A stretch of DNA of 64,000 bases from Octopus sinensis. Its lineage: Eukaryota. The stretch spans positions 74,648,001-74,712,000 of the forward strand of contig NC_042999.1 of NCBI RefSeq assembly GCF_006345805.1. The letters run 5' to 3'. Below, piece by piece: positions 51,950 to 64,000 of this stretch (its first letter is position 1; every line of letters starts with the position of its first letter). Made by a program: the position numbers and the translations under genes. The notes under the pieces are model-generated. The model made no database searches. It was given only the letters and a program-made list of their open reading frames with translations, and was not told the DNA's origin.

Positions 51950-54595
51950 ACATGGTAGTGGAACAATGTTGTTGACAGGGCTACTAGAGAAAAGAAACAG
52001 GCTTGGAAGGACTGGAAGAACGATGGTAGCAGGGAATTGTATCAGACTGCCAGAAGGGAAGCTAGGAGGCAGGTTTATTTAGTCAGAGGGGAAGCAGATA
52101 AGAAAAAATTTGCCAATGTTCTGTGCCATGCGGACCAAAGACTTGAGGTATTTCATGTTGCAAGACAGTGTGAAAGAGAGAATCGTGATGTTGTAGGAGA
52201 GAAATGTGTTCACATGGATGATGGCTCACTTGCACTAAACAAGCCTGCAAAGACAGAGGTTTGGAGATGCCACTATGAAAGGTTGCTGAATAAAGAAAAT
52301 GAATGGGAGAATGAGAGTTTGCCGAATGTCGACCAAACAGAGGGACCAGCTATCCGAGTTGACAGTACTTTGGTAGATAAAGCAATTAAGAGTATGAAGA
52401 CAGGGAAAGCCCCCAGCCCATCAGGAATCACTGCAGAAATGCTCAAAATATCTGGCAATGTAAGCTATAACCCAATCGCCCGTATAGTTAACCAGCTGAT
52501 ACAAAAAGGAGTCATACCCAATGACTGGTGTAGCAGCACTATAGTCAACTGCTACAAAGGTAAAGGTGACACTTTAGATACAAATAACTACAGAGGTATC
52601 AAGTTGTTGGATCAGGTAATGAAGATCACGGAGAGGGTCATAGCCCAACTAATTAGGGAGAGAGTTAGTTTAGATGAGATGCAGTTTGGGTTTGTGCCAA
52701 GGAAATGCACCACTGATGCTATATTCCTGGTAAGACAGCTGCAAGAGAAATACCTAGCCAAAGATAAACCTCTGTACCTGGCTTTTGTTGACATGGAGAA
52801 AGCTTTTGACAGGGTCCCCCGATCCCTTATCTAGTGGTCAATGAGGAAACTAGGGATAGATGAATGGTTAGTGAGGGCTGTGCAAGCCATGTACAGGGAC
52901 GCTGTCAGTAAGGTGAGGATCGGCAACGAGTACAGTGAAGAATTCCAGGTAGAGGTAGGGGTCAACCAAGGTTCAGTTCTTAGACTATTTATCATATCCT
53001 CCAGGCAATAATAGAGAAATTCAAGACAGGATGCCCCTGGGAGCTCCTCTATACTGACGACCTTGCTCTAATTGCTGAGTCACTATCAGAACTCAAGTAG
53101 AAGTTTCAGGTGTGGAAATAAGGATTAGCATTGAAGGGCCTTAGAGTTGACCTAGCTAAAACCAAAGTCCTAATAAGTAGGAAGGCAGGCAAACCACAAA
53201 TCCCTTCAGGTAGATGGCCCTGCTCGATCTGTTGAAAAGGCGTAGGTAGAAACTCTATAAGATGTACCCAGTGTAAGCTATGGACACATAAGAGGTGCAG
53301 CAATATCAAAGGAAAGCTAATTGGGAAGATAGTTTTTGTATGTGGCAGATGCTCAGGAGCAATAAACACTGAAAGTGTGCAGAGAACAACCTCCGCCATA
53401 TTTCTGGGAGAAAAACTAGAAGTTGTTGATAGCTTCTGTTACCTAGGTGACCAAGTCAGTAGTGGAGGAGAGTGAGCTTAAAGTGTAGCTGCTAGAATAA
53501 GAAAAGCCTGAGCAAAGTTCAGAGAGATCTTACCTCTGCTGGTGACAAAGGGCCTCTCGCTCAGAGTAAAAGGCAGACTGTATGACACATGTGTACAAAC
53601 AGCCATGCTACATAGCAGTGAAACATGGGCTGTGACTGCTGAGGATATACGTAAGCTCACAAGGAATGAAGCCAGTATGATGTGATGGATGTGTAATGTC
53701 AGTGTGCATACTTGACAGAATGTAAGTACCTTGAGAGAAGAGTTGAACCTAAGAAGCATCAGATGTGGTGTGCAAGAGAGACGACTGTGACAGTATGGTC
53801 ATGTGGCGAGAATGGATGAGGATAGCTGTGTGAAAAAGTGCCACACCCTAGCAGTTGAGGGAACCTGTGGAAGAGGTAGACTCAGGAAGACCTGGGATGA
53901 AGTGGTGAAGCATGACCTTCGAACATTAGGCTTCACCGAGGCAATGACTAGTGACCGAGACTTTTGGAAATATGCTGTGCTTGAGAAGACCCAGCAAGCC
54001 AAATGTGACCATAATCTCGTGGCCTATGCCCGGGGTGTCACAAGCTCACTTATGCGTACCTTTCCTTCATTGGACACTAAACTCTGCTTGCGAAGACCTG
54101 TTGAGGCAAGTGAAACTGAAATCTAAATCAAATTCGATGACTGGCATCTATGCTAGTGGAGCGCTAAGAGCACCATCCAAGCATGATCGTTGCCAGAGCA
54201 GCTAACTGGCTTCTGTGCTGGTGGCACGTAAAAAGCACCATTTGAGCATGAACTTTACCAGCGTCGCTTTACTGGAACTTGTGCTGGTGGCATGTGAAAA
54301 AATATTTGAGCGAGGTCATTGCCAGTGCCACTGGACTGGCTCCTGTACAGGTGGCATGTAAAAAACACCATTTGAGTGTGGCTGTTGCCAGTACCACCTG
54401 ACTGGCCCTCTTGCCGGTGGCATGTAAAAGCACCCACTACACTCTCGGAGTGGTTGGCATTAGGAAGGGCATCCAGCTGTAGAAACTCTGCCAGATCAAG
54501 ATTGGAGCCTGGTAAAGCCATCTGGTTTGCCAGTCCTCAGTCAAATCATCCAACCCATGCTAGCATGGAAAGTGAACGTTAAACAATGCTGATGC
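51950..54595 (+). mobile_element. RTE-clade LINE, 5'-truncated and decayed, with its 3'UTR
   Basis: ORF 52037-52834 (NYRGIKLL, QFGF, AFVDMEKAFDRVPR), then LLYTDD, a Cys-rich insert WPCSIC..CTQCKLWTHKRC, repeated ctgg..gtggcacgtaaaaagcacc units, and the tail catgctagcatggaaagtgaacgttaaac. Confidence 0.9.
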
Positions 54596-55070
54596 CAACT
54601 TGAAGAATATTACAGTGTTGAAATAAGCAGATGACATCAAAGTGTACCTTGAGATAAAAAAGAACAGATCTTGTATGCTAGAGATCTTTCCAGCAATCAG
54701 ATCTGGACACAATGTAGCAATGGATTACTGATTGGCAACTCGAGCTGGCTGTGGACAAGTGAACCACCATGCATTCTGTGAGGGAAAACCCAAGCTTTAC
54801 ATTCTCCCTCAACAACACCAATCCTAAGAAGTCTGCTAGTGAATGTGACTTGGACATCATTGTCAACAATGATTTGCATTGGACAAACTACATTTCTAAA
54901 ACTGTCAAGAAAGCTGCATGTGTCTTAGCATCACTCAGTAAGACCTTTGTTGGACACTCTCCTGCTATCTATTTAAAGCTGTATATGTCGATGAAATGTT
55001 TGCATGTAGAGTTTGCATCACAGGTGTGGAACCTCTATCTTGCCCAGCATATCAAAATCCTGTTACTAGA
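54596..55070 (+). mobile_element. Old CR1/L2-type RT, right part
   Basis: ADDIKVY..ECDLDIIVNNDLHW..VEFASQVWN continues the element broken at 51945. Confidence 0.65.
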
Positions 55071-55532
55071 TGAATACCTGTTGCCAGGTATCTACAATAC
55101 TCTGAACATTTTGCTTCCTTGGGCACGGACACATAAAAGTTCCAACATCTGGTAACTTGGTAGACACCTACAAGATTATTTATCAGCTTTGCAACAACAA
55201 CCTTGGGTACATTTTTGCATACCATATGTCTAATACTTGAGGACATACTTACAAAAATAAGAAAACACAACACTCATGACTTTTATTAACATTTTTTTCA
55301 TGTTCAAAATTGCTGGCTTGCCAGCTCCTGTCAAACTGCCCAACCCATGCCAGCATGGAAAACGGATGTCAAATTATGATGATAATAATGATGTTGATGA
55401 TGATGATGATAATGATGATGATGATGATGATGATGGTAATGACTCACAAGATTTTGATCAGCTTGGAGCTGTTGTAGAAGACACCTGCCTAAGGTACCAT
55501 GCTGTGGGAAGTATTATATATAGGTTACTTAC

Positions 55533-55570
55533 CTTCTTTACTGCATTCCAATACCATGTATTTGCACTTC
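55533..55570 (-). CDS. 38-nt exon, end of SRCR domain
   Basis: cttttactcttctctgtag|G AAG TGC..GAA G|gtaagt. Reads (E)KCKYMVLECSKE; phase 2 to 1 joins both neighbours. Confidence 0.85.
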
Positions 55571-56703
55571 CTACAGAGAAGAGTAAAAGTTTTATTATTA
55601 TATTTTTCAATGTTAAAATCACTTCTTTATACTGTTACCAAATCATATTGTAAGAGAGTAACAGCTAGATAAGTTATAGAACTGCACTGTGTTTATTGTC
55701 AAGGCATTTTTTGTAAATGATGTCGATCATCTAAGTTAAATCATTTAATACATAGTAGAACTGTTCATCATTGTAATCAGTGGGTGTGTTGTAAAACTGA
55801 TGAGCATCACATTAGCCTGAAAGTATTTATTTGGATTTTACCTGTGGTAACAATGTTAATAACTTAATGATGCTTTCAATTCTATCACAGTCACTTCAAA
55901 ATTAACATGAATGAAAATATCAATTGGTTCACGTCATCTAATTTCAAATAGGCATTGAGCAGACAAATAAGATAATAGACTATCTTCTCATAGATTGTAA
56001 ATTCAAATCTGCTGAAGTGAGAATAGATCAAATTAGGAATAGATAATTGGAAAAGCTGTCTGTGATAAACAGACCTTCTATCTAGGGTGGATTTTTCATG
56101 TTTTACGTCATGAAGCTGAGAGATAAACACCCACTCACAAAATACATTTGTTTTGGAGGAGATATTTTACATTATGTGTAAGCACAACTAACTGTTGCAA
56201 GTAGTAGAGGCAATATATAATCAATGAGTGCTTTCTTTAACCAGTGGAAAAGAGTTTGAAGCCATCTATACAACTCATCCATGATAAAAGTATCTATCAT
56301 GTTTTCATCTCTGCATTAACCAATTCTTTCACTTTTTCCAAATATGGGTATCATTATTTGATGTGACAAAGAGATCAATGATTTGGAAAAATTAATAGGA
56401 CAATGGCAAATTACTTTGTGATAATTACTAATGTCCTTTTTCAACCTGCATTAAAATCTTGGATCACTCATCTGGGATCAACAAAAGATCACTGGAATCA
56501 ATAAAGTCAAATTTAATCCATCACCAAAAAATAAATTCTCTGTTGAGTAAAGCATAAACTTTCAGTGAGCCAAGGTGACAAACTAGGACTCCATTTCTAG
56601 TTGTTGCTATTCCACTTGGTTACTGTAACAGGAAAAAATGCAGCATGGCATATAACATACTGTAACATGGCATAAATGTTGAATAACAGAAATAAATATT
56701 TAC

Positions 56704-56811
56704 TCGAAGGAATTTGCTTTGAATCCTGGAATCAGTCCCATATTGCTGTCTGAAGGGTTTTGTGTGAATTTTACACCAAATCCCTCAATTGAATTACCAA
56801 ATGTTCCATTA
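56704..56811 (-). CDS. SRCR middle exon
   Basis: cattcttattttctcatag|T AAT..TTC GA|gtaaat. Reads (S)NGTFGNSIEGFGVKFTQNPSDSNMGLIPGFKANSF; open only as phase 2 to 2. Confidence 0.75.
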
Positions 56812-57366
56812 CTATGAGAAAATAAGAATGAATGTAGAAAAATCAATAGAGACATAAATAGAGAAAGAAAGAGTCACAGATAGAAAAGAATATAGATCAA
56901 TTGATACAGAAAGATAAAGAGATAAAAGAAACAAAGAGGGCAACACAGATAGATTGAAGCAAAAATATAAAAAGTTAACATATTGGAAAGATATAAGATA
57001 TATTTAGATAATCAATTTTGATATTGTATACTTTCGCAAGTGAAATGACTTAGTTTATACATTCAGGAAAATTATGCAAATCCTGCACCTCAAAAGCATA
57101 GCGGTATATTCTCTAAGTTGATATTCACTACAAAACATTTTGTTTTATTTTTGGACAAGACATTTTATCTTCGTCCTCCTCCTTGGAATCATACTTGGAA
57201 TCTTGGAGTTAGTAGCCCACGCTCTTAACCACTATGCCATATGACTCAACATAATATTATTATGGTGCATTATCAATCATATGGCAGTCTTTTTGATTAT
57301 ATAAAATGATATACTGTCACCTTCAAAGAAGTGGACAATGAAAAATGTGTTATTCAGTTTTCCTAC

Positions 57367-57484
57367 CTTCTTCCAACAGAGGAACACAAATGATTTGCAA
57401 TTTTTTCACTGTTCAAGTTGTCTTCACAAATATTTTCATATGAACCATTGTGGGACACTAGAATTGTGTTGTTTATGTATGTAA
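57367..57484 (-). CDS. SRCR first exon
   Basis: tttgtttgttttttctag|TT ACA..AGA AG|gtagga. Reads (F)TYINNTILVSHNGSYENICEDNLNSEKIANHLCSSVGR, with the TTSP-type SRCR C..A..lC..lG pattern. Confidence 0.85.
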
Positions 57485-58877
57485 CTAGAAAAAACAAACA
57501 AACAAAAGAACAATACAAGACAAAGCAAAAAGTTAATTTTAATTTTATTAATCTATAACCAATATCAGCTTATGCACATACGATTACACTCAACACCAAT
57601 GTTTGCCACTACTCTACTTATGTGTGTGCTGGCATGTGTATGTGTGTATGTATGTGTATAAAACTGCAAACATGTGTATGTATAAATAGGATATAGCCTT
57701 TCATCTATGCACACTTTGCTGAACATATCAATGCAAAATTGTTAGCAATTTTAATGTTAAGATATTTGTATTCTCTAACTGCACACTTGGTTTACATAGG
57801 AATATTGTAATGACCTAAGCAGCAGAGGAAGTGCATATTCTGGAAACATAGTAATCAGAGTAAAAGTCCCAAGTGCTATCATTTCTGCTGGTAAAAAAAG
57901 GAACAAGTAAAAGAAATAACTGATGTTAAGCATAAAGAAGTAAAACCAAATATAAAGTTTCATCATATATATATGAACATGTATCCTTCACTTGTCATAA
58001 AACTATTCAAACAAGATGACACTTGAATTCATCTCAACATTTTTGCAGAGTAGTACACTGAAGAGAGATGTTCCTTAATGTACTTCATAATGTGAGTCAA
58101 AAATTGAAGGGATGGAAAATGAGGAGATGCATCTACATGTTGAGCAATGCACCTTACTTATTGTACTGCTGGTCACTGCACTAAAGTAAGAGGACCAGTG
58201 AGTATATGACTACATTTTATTTTTCAGACATGATTAAAATAGGAACTTGATTGGTATTCTGGCAAGGCATGTGAATGATTTTGTATTCTGAGGAAATGAA
58301 TTGTTTGAGAAAGGTGTAATTATAGTTTTGGAAAAGTAATTTAAAGTAGGAATTGTGTATTCAAGAATTGAAGATTGAATATATATCAATCTAAGATCCC
58401 TCCTAATTCTCTTCTCAAGATAATGTTAGTGTCATAATCAAGAAATTTTTATGAGGTAGAAGACCATGCCATTTATATATGTAAAGGGTAAAGATCCCCT
58501 TTGGTCATGAATGGCCATGGGATTACATCTAGAAAATTATCCTCCAATGTACAAGTTCAGGCAAGGTAGTTTATAGAAGACCACCAGTTGCCCATTCATT
58601 AAAGTCTTCCCTCTCTACGCCACCGATGTTATTCAAGGGAAAGGCAAAAGATGATACATCTTGGCACCAGTTATGTTACAACTCATTTCTACAGCTGAGT
58701 GAACTGGAGTAATGAGAAATAAAGTGTCTTGCTCAAGATCACAACACAACATGGTCTAAGAATTGAACTCACTACTTAATGATTGTGAGCCTGATTCTCT
58801 AACCACACACACATGCCCAAACCACACACACACACATGCAGTTTACACATACATTTACATACACACAGGCACACATA

Positions 58878-58909
<32 letters not shown>

Positions 58910-59226
58910 CAAATCATCATCATCATCATTGTTTAACATCCGCCTTCCATGCTAGCATGGGTGGGACCGTTTCATGAGCTGGCCAGGCAGAAGCCAGCAC
59001 CTGACCTCTGTGACTGTTTTGGCAGGATTTTTACAGCTGGATGCCCTTCCTAACACCAATCACTCAGCAGAGTGGATTTAGTGCTTTTTACGTGGCACAA
59101 GGACAGGTGAGGTGAGTAGTGCATTTTACGTGGCACAAGCATACATATATACTTTACAAATACACGGACACACATACACAGATGTATACTTATATTTATA
59201 TAGAGTGAGTAAATTTTTCTACGTAC

Positions 59227-59337
59227 AGCAATAGAATTCATCAGAGTCATCATCACAGTCTTTTTTACCATCACAGCGAAGTTCTTGTTTGATGCATTTC
59301 AGATTTTTGCATTGCCAATTTCCAATTGCACATGAAG
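59227..59337 (-). CDS. LDL-receptor class A repeat exon
   Basis: tttctactttcag|CT TCA TGT..TGC T|gtacgt. Reads SCAIGNWQCKNLKCIKQELRCDGKKDCDDDSDEFYC; six Cys, phase 1-1. Confidence 0.93.
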
Positions 59338-60376
59338 CTGAAAGTAGAAAATTGGGAAAAAGAAATCATCCATGGAATCTTTTGTAATCTGGAAAGCTAT
59401 CTTTTTTGCTGCTATTGTTTAGCTCAGGGTCAGTCTTTATCTTGTAGACCTATGACCATTCTAAGTTATACATCCTGTCTGTTTTCAGATATAGTGCATT
59501 TAGAAGTACATTGTTCAATGCATTCTTCCCTTTTTCAGGTTTTTTCTAGCAATTTCTGTAACTATGCAGAAGCTTTCTCATCTGCTCCACTGTGGATATA
59601 CTAAATATCCCTGTCATGTACTAAGGAAGAAATAATTGACTATACTTGCCAACTAAATTTGTAGCCTGCTATGTGAGAAATGCTTTTTGTTTTTTTTAAT
59701 CAATCCAGTTAAAACCTGAACTGATTCATTTTCTTGTTGAAGCTATTCTGTTTCTATTGATTCACTCCTTACTATGTTCCCCATTTAGTGATTAGAAAGA
59801 TGGCTGAATTACTTCTTAATAAAAGCATTTTATGTTTCCCATATAATAGTTAATAATCTTGCTGATTTAGTTCCATGTTGAAGCTATTTTGTTTCCTATG
59901 AAACAGTTGGAAGCCCTAAAGAAAACGTTTTGTTTTTTATGTCCCTGATGGAAACTGAAGGGTTTAAATTCTCAGCGTTGTTAATTTGGTTTTCATGTAA
60001 GCATTGACAACCAAACCCATTCAGATACCACTTACTGTTAATAGTTGGCAAACCAGTCGTTTCAATTTTTATCTGAAACCTTTTTATTCTCAAGATGTTG
60101 TTGATATCCTAGTTATCTCTATTTCCATTTCAAAGTATTTTCTTTCCCATTCAGTTATTGTGAGCAATCCAGCTGCTTCCACTCCCATGTAAAGCTTTTT
60201 TAAATACCATGCAGGACTTGTAAACTTAACTATTTCAGTTCCAATTCAAAGCTACTTTGTTTTGCTATGTAAGACTTGACAACCCAGCTGTTTCAATTTC
60301 AAGATTTACAATAGGCAACACAACACTTTCAGTTTTTATTCAAAACAGTTTATATTCCCAAGAAACAGTTGGTAAA

Positions 60377-61590
60377 TGTTGTGGAGGATACTCCTTGAGT
60401 GAGAGAAGTGGGCTGTTCCACTACAAATAAATAGTGGACAGCTACAAAGAGTGTAGTCAGTCACAGAGCTATTTTTGGTGTTTTTTTAAAATCATTTTTG
60501 ATCCCTGTGAGTGAAATTGTGAGTTAAATTGCTATATACTCATTGAAGGTCTCCTGTAAGGGTGAAACTATCTTTTGAATATCATTGTTAAACTGTTGAA
60601 TTGTTGTTGCTATTTTTGTCTGTGAAATTACAATTGTTTTCTTCCCCATTCACGGGTGAAGTAGACAAGACACAGAGGATAGAGTGGGAACCAGTTCCTG
60701 CTGGCAGTTATGCTCCAGCCACTGGAAGACGTTTGACAGCTGACGTGTTACAGGTATGAGAGATAAAGATGGAGCAGAGGAATGACCACAGGATACAAGG
60801 AAAAATTCGCTGACAAAAATAATTCTATGAAATAACAGAATATGATGGCAAAAAAATTCTGTTGAACAAAGGAGTACTACCCGGGACACAGAGAAAAAGA
60901 ATAATACAAGTCTGTTGAAAGATTTCAGTCAGGTTACTCATGTTTTCATAGCACTACTCGTAAGATTGTAAAGCATACATTCAAACAGCATGGTTTGAAA
61001 GTGGAATACACAGAGTTAAAAAAAACAGAATTGCCAATAAGTGTATATCGGAAAACTCTATGTAATAATTTATTTATGTGTGAAATAGAAATAATAGAAT
61101 ATGATGGGAAAAAAAAAATCTATTGAAGAAGGATTTCTGAAGTACTACCTGGGACACAGAGTTAACATAATGTAAGTCTATTTGAAGGATTTCTGTCAGG
61201 TAACTATGTGTTTGTAGCACTACTGGTAAGAATGTAGAGCCGGTACTACCTGGGACATTCTGGAGAGAGAACTCTATGTAATAATTAATTTTCCTGTGAT
61301 AATAAATTGAAAAAAAATTTTTTTTTCAATTTATTATCACAGAAACTGAAAATGAAAAAAAAATTTTTTTTGTCCTGCACAGAAACTGAAAATGAAAAAA
61401 AATTCTGTGTAAAAAAAAATGAAAAATAATAATTCTGTGTGTAAAAAAAATGGAAAATGAAAAAAAAATAATGCTGTGTGTAGAAAAAAAATCTCAAAAG
61501 GGGAGGTGTTGTGGAGGACACCTCTGAGTGAGAGAATAAATAGTGGACAGCTATGAGGAGTGGAGACAGTCGATGAGGTATGCCATTCGG
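60377..61590 (+). mobile_element. Degenerate small LTR-element remnant
   Basis: tgttgtggagga(t/c)ac..tgagtgagagaa..aataaatagtggacagcta occurs at 60377 and 61507; the second follows a purine tract aaaaggggagg. Internal diverged duplications lie at 60830-61260. Confidence 0.4.
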
Positions 61591-62034
61591 GCCAGTCATG
61601 CAGATGATGAAGTACATCGTTATAATGCAGGACATATCAGTGTCGAGCAAGACATAACAGAAAACTAGTTGCTTTTCTCCTCAGTTGAAATTATTTTGTG
61701 TTTTCTATAATAGTTGGCAATAGATCTGTTTCAAATCCTAGTTGAATTAATTGTTTCAAATTATTATTAAAATAATATTGTTTTTTATGTGCAAGAGTGG
61801 TTGTGTGGTAAGAAGTTTGCTTGTCAACCACATGGTCCTCGATTCAGTCTCACTGCATGGTACCCTGGACAAATGTCTACTTACTACTATAGCCCTGGGC
61901 TGACCAAAGGCTTGTGAATGGACTTGGTAGGCATAAGCTGAAAGAAGCCAATTGTATGTATATGTCATTAACATCACCATCCTCATCATTTAACACCCAT
62001 TTCCCATGCTGGCTTGGGTTGGACGGTTTGAGAG

Positions 62035-62114
62035 GAGCTGGCCAGTAAAGGAGCTGGCCAGTAAAGGAGCTGGCCAGTAAAGGAGCTGGCCAGTAAAGGA
62101 GCTGGCCAGTAAAG
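62035..62114. repeat. Five perfect 16-bp tandem repeats inside an RTE tail remnant
   Basis: (gagctggccagtaaag)x5. Confidence 0.9.
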
Positions 62115-62499
62115 AAGCTGTCCAGACTCCAATTGGCTGTTGTGACATGGTTTCTACAGCTGGGTACCTTTCCAACTTCCAGCCACTTTACAGAGTGTGC
62201 TGGGTGCTTTTTATGTGTCATTGGCATGGGTGCATTTACACAGCAGCATGAGTACATTTTATGTGACACTGGCATCTGTAAAGGACAAGTCTGTATATAT
62301 GGGTGGATGTCAACGATTTTACTTAGCTTCATGCATCTTCTCAAGCTGGCAACTTAGCTTTTTTTTTTTAAATACTAGTTGAAGCTGTGGTTTACTCATG
62401 CACAAGGAATGTACATGTCTCTACATGTTACATTGTAAATTGCAGCTTTCCACTAGTATTCATTTGTCTTTTGCAGCCGCTGAAGTGGACTAAAGCATT

Positions 62500-62790
62500 A
62501 TAAGAGGGGCAGTTGAATGCAGATCAGTTATCAGGTTCTTGTATCTGAAAGGTTGCACTCCAAAAGAAACTTTCGATGAGATGAAAGAAGTTTATGGTGG
62601 TGATGCACCATCATGTGACATAAGTCAAGCACTAGCATTGCCAGTTCAAATGTGGTTGGACATAGGTAGAAACTGCTTCTATTCTTAGACAGCCCTATTC
62701 CACCAATGATGGCAACACCATCCATAAAGTGGAAGCCACAATTTTGTGGATCAGTACATAACTATTTGGCAACTAGCTCAAAAAGTGAGC
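62500..62790 (+). mobile_element. Mariner transposase N-terminal remnant
   Basis: VECRSVIRFLYLKGCTPKETFDEMKEVYGGDAPS resembles the mariner HTH start. Confidence 0.6.
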
Positions 62791-63293
62791 TAGTTGAAGA
62801 TTTTTTTTGTTTCTCATGCAACAGTTTGTGACCCTTTTGTTCAACTGAAGCAATTGTGTTTCCTATGCAACATTTTATTTTCCTATTTCATCTCTTCTTT
62901 GTGAATATTTGAAAATTTACACATTTCTTAAATTTTGGAGCTTCTCAAGTTTCCATTTTCAAGTCAGCATTAAAACTACTTATGAGGGTTGATAGAATTC
63001 ATTTTTTGTATTGACATAAAACTGGTTGGAATGAAAAGGTAAAATTTAGATGGATTTTGTTATGCTGTTTACTACAGTGAAGATTTAATTATTTGATGAG
63101 GTCATTTTGTTTTAAAATGTTTTTGTTTGTAAATTGGATTACTGATTGAAGTGTTGTTCTCTACATTTCATGAAATAAACTACTTATGGATTCTTTGATA
63201 TGCCTGAGCAACCACATCTGGTCTAGATGGTAAACTTACTAAAACAAAATCACCTGATACTCTAATAAAAAGCAAGATATCTATCTTTCTTAC

Positions 63294-63425
63294 CGCAATT
63301 CTTTTCATCAGTGCCACCTTCACAGTCAATTTCTCCATTACACATACTTTCTTTACGAATGCATACATTTGTAGAATTGGTTTCATTGCGACCGGGAGGA
63401 CATCTAACTTCACCATTTTCACAAC
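63294..63425 (-). CDS. LDL-receptor class A repeat exon (gene continues beyond the window)
   Basis: ttttacatcttcaag|GT TGT..TGC G|gtaaga. Reads CENGEVRCPPGRNETNSTNVCIRKESMCNGEIDCEGGTDEKNC; six Cys, phase 1-1. Confidence 0.93.
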
Positions 63426-64000
63426 CTTGAAGATGTAAAAAAGAAAAAGGTGAATATATAAATTATAAATATTCTATAAATAAGTAAATAGTTAGCACAG
63501 TTAAGTATGTTTAATTTTCATGTAATCTTTTCCTGTTGGAATAATTAGTTAATGAATCATTTGCCTGACAACCAAACAATTATAATTTTATAATTTAAAT
63601 AGGTTTGCTTCATCGGAAATGATGCAGCTGTGGTCACATGCCCTTTCACTAAGATGTAAGCATAGATCTCTAGTTAGGCAGCTGGTGACATAGTATCATC
63701 CCAGGCTGTAAGGGCTAAAAAAAGGATTAAAGTGGTAGGTGGTAGGGATTGAAATCAAGAGGCTATGTGGGAAGCAAAACATAGATATATTTGCTTGATC
63801 CAGTGGATGATGTAACTGATAGATTTAAGCTCCAATACATTTATTGTATAAACCTGTAATGTAAGAAGTTCAGACAGAATTTTAAACTTGAGACTAAAAC
63901 AAAAGTGCATTCCAGAAGGTTTGAAACTTTTCCAGGAGAGACATTTATTAATTTCAAAGAAGGACAATACTCTAATATTCTTTAAAATAAGATCCTTTTA

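Noticed and set aside
56420-56630. Candidate extra SRCR exon after a pyrimidine-rich AG
   Set aside because: All three frames hit stops within a few codons; the 38-nt exon at 55570-55533 completes the domain.
57775-57966. Hydrophobic ORF with a good AG acceptor, a possible host transmembrane exon
   Set aside because: The donor is weak, and LDLa exon 59227 already joins SRCR exon 57484 in frame with the expected domain spacing.
62035-62114. Regularly repeated units reminiscent of CRISPR repeats (also at 45714-45775 and 54200-54440)
   Set aside because: They are head-to-tail tandem repeats with no unique spacers, inside eukaryotic LINE remnants.

Overview
AT-rich, microsatellite-dense eukaryotic DNA. 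The repeat families (tRNA-derived SINEs, RTE tails ending in (GAT)n, R4/Dong, CR1-like LINEs) look cephalopod, most likely Octopus; this is inferred, not searched. The only host gene I can support is on the minus strand and enters from beyond the right edge. I assembled nine coding exons by hand: 63425-63294, 59337-59227, 57484-57367, 56811-56704, 55570-55533, 50047-49879, 40332-40085, 31700-31567 and 2455-2288. All junctions are GT-AG and phase-compatible, totalling 1226 nt (about 407 aa). They encode LDLa-LDLa-SRCR-trypsin-fold serine protease, like the C-terminus of enteropeptidase/corin/TMPRSS. The His/Asp/Ser triad is intact, but the activation site (EPI/VQNG) is non-basic and the S1 pocket (P189/V216/A226) looks elastase-like. 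The introns are filled with mobile DNA. The 29-kb last intron holds a Helitron-type element enclosing a Tx1 ORF1 5' fragment, a 160-bp palindrome, and a decayed CR1-like LINE. It also holds an apparently full-length Tx1/L1 LINE with an intact 1145-aa ORF2 sitting between two (TATC)n tracts, a Penelope-type inverted repeat with a hammerhead ribozyme core, and a CsRn1-type Gypsy element with a crippled 5' LTR. Other introns hold an RT-less Mag-type LTR element, a Tc1/mariner (maT-like) fossil, a 6.5-kb tandem stack of R4/Dong elements at (TAA)n, and an RTE LINE nested in an older CR1. No rRNA, bona fide tRNA or CRISPR array was seen.
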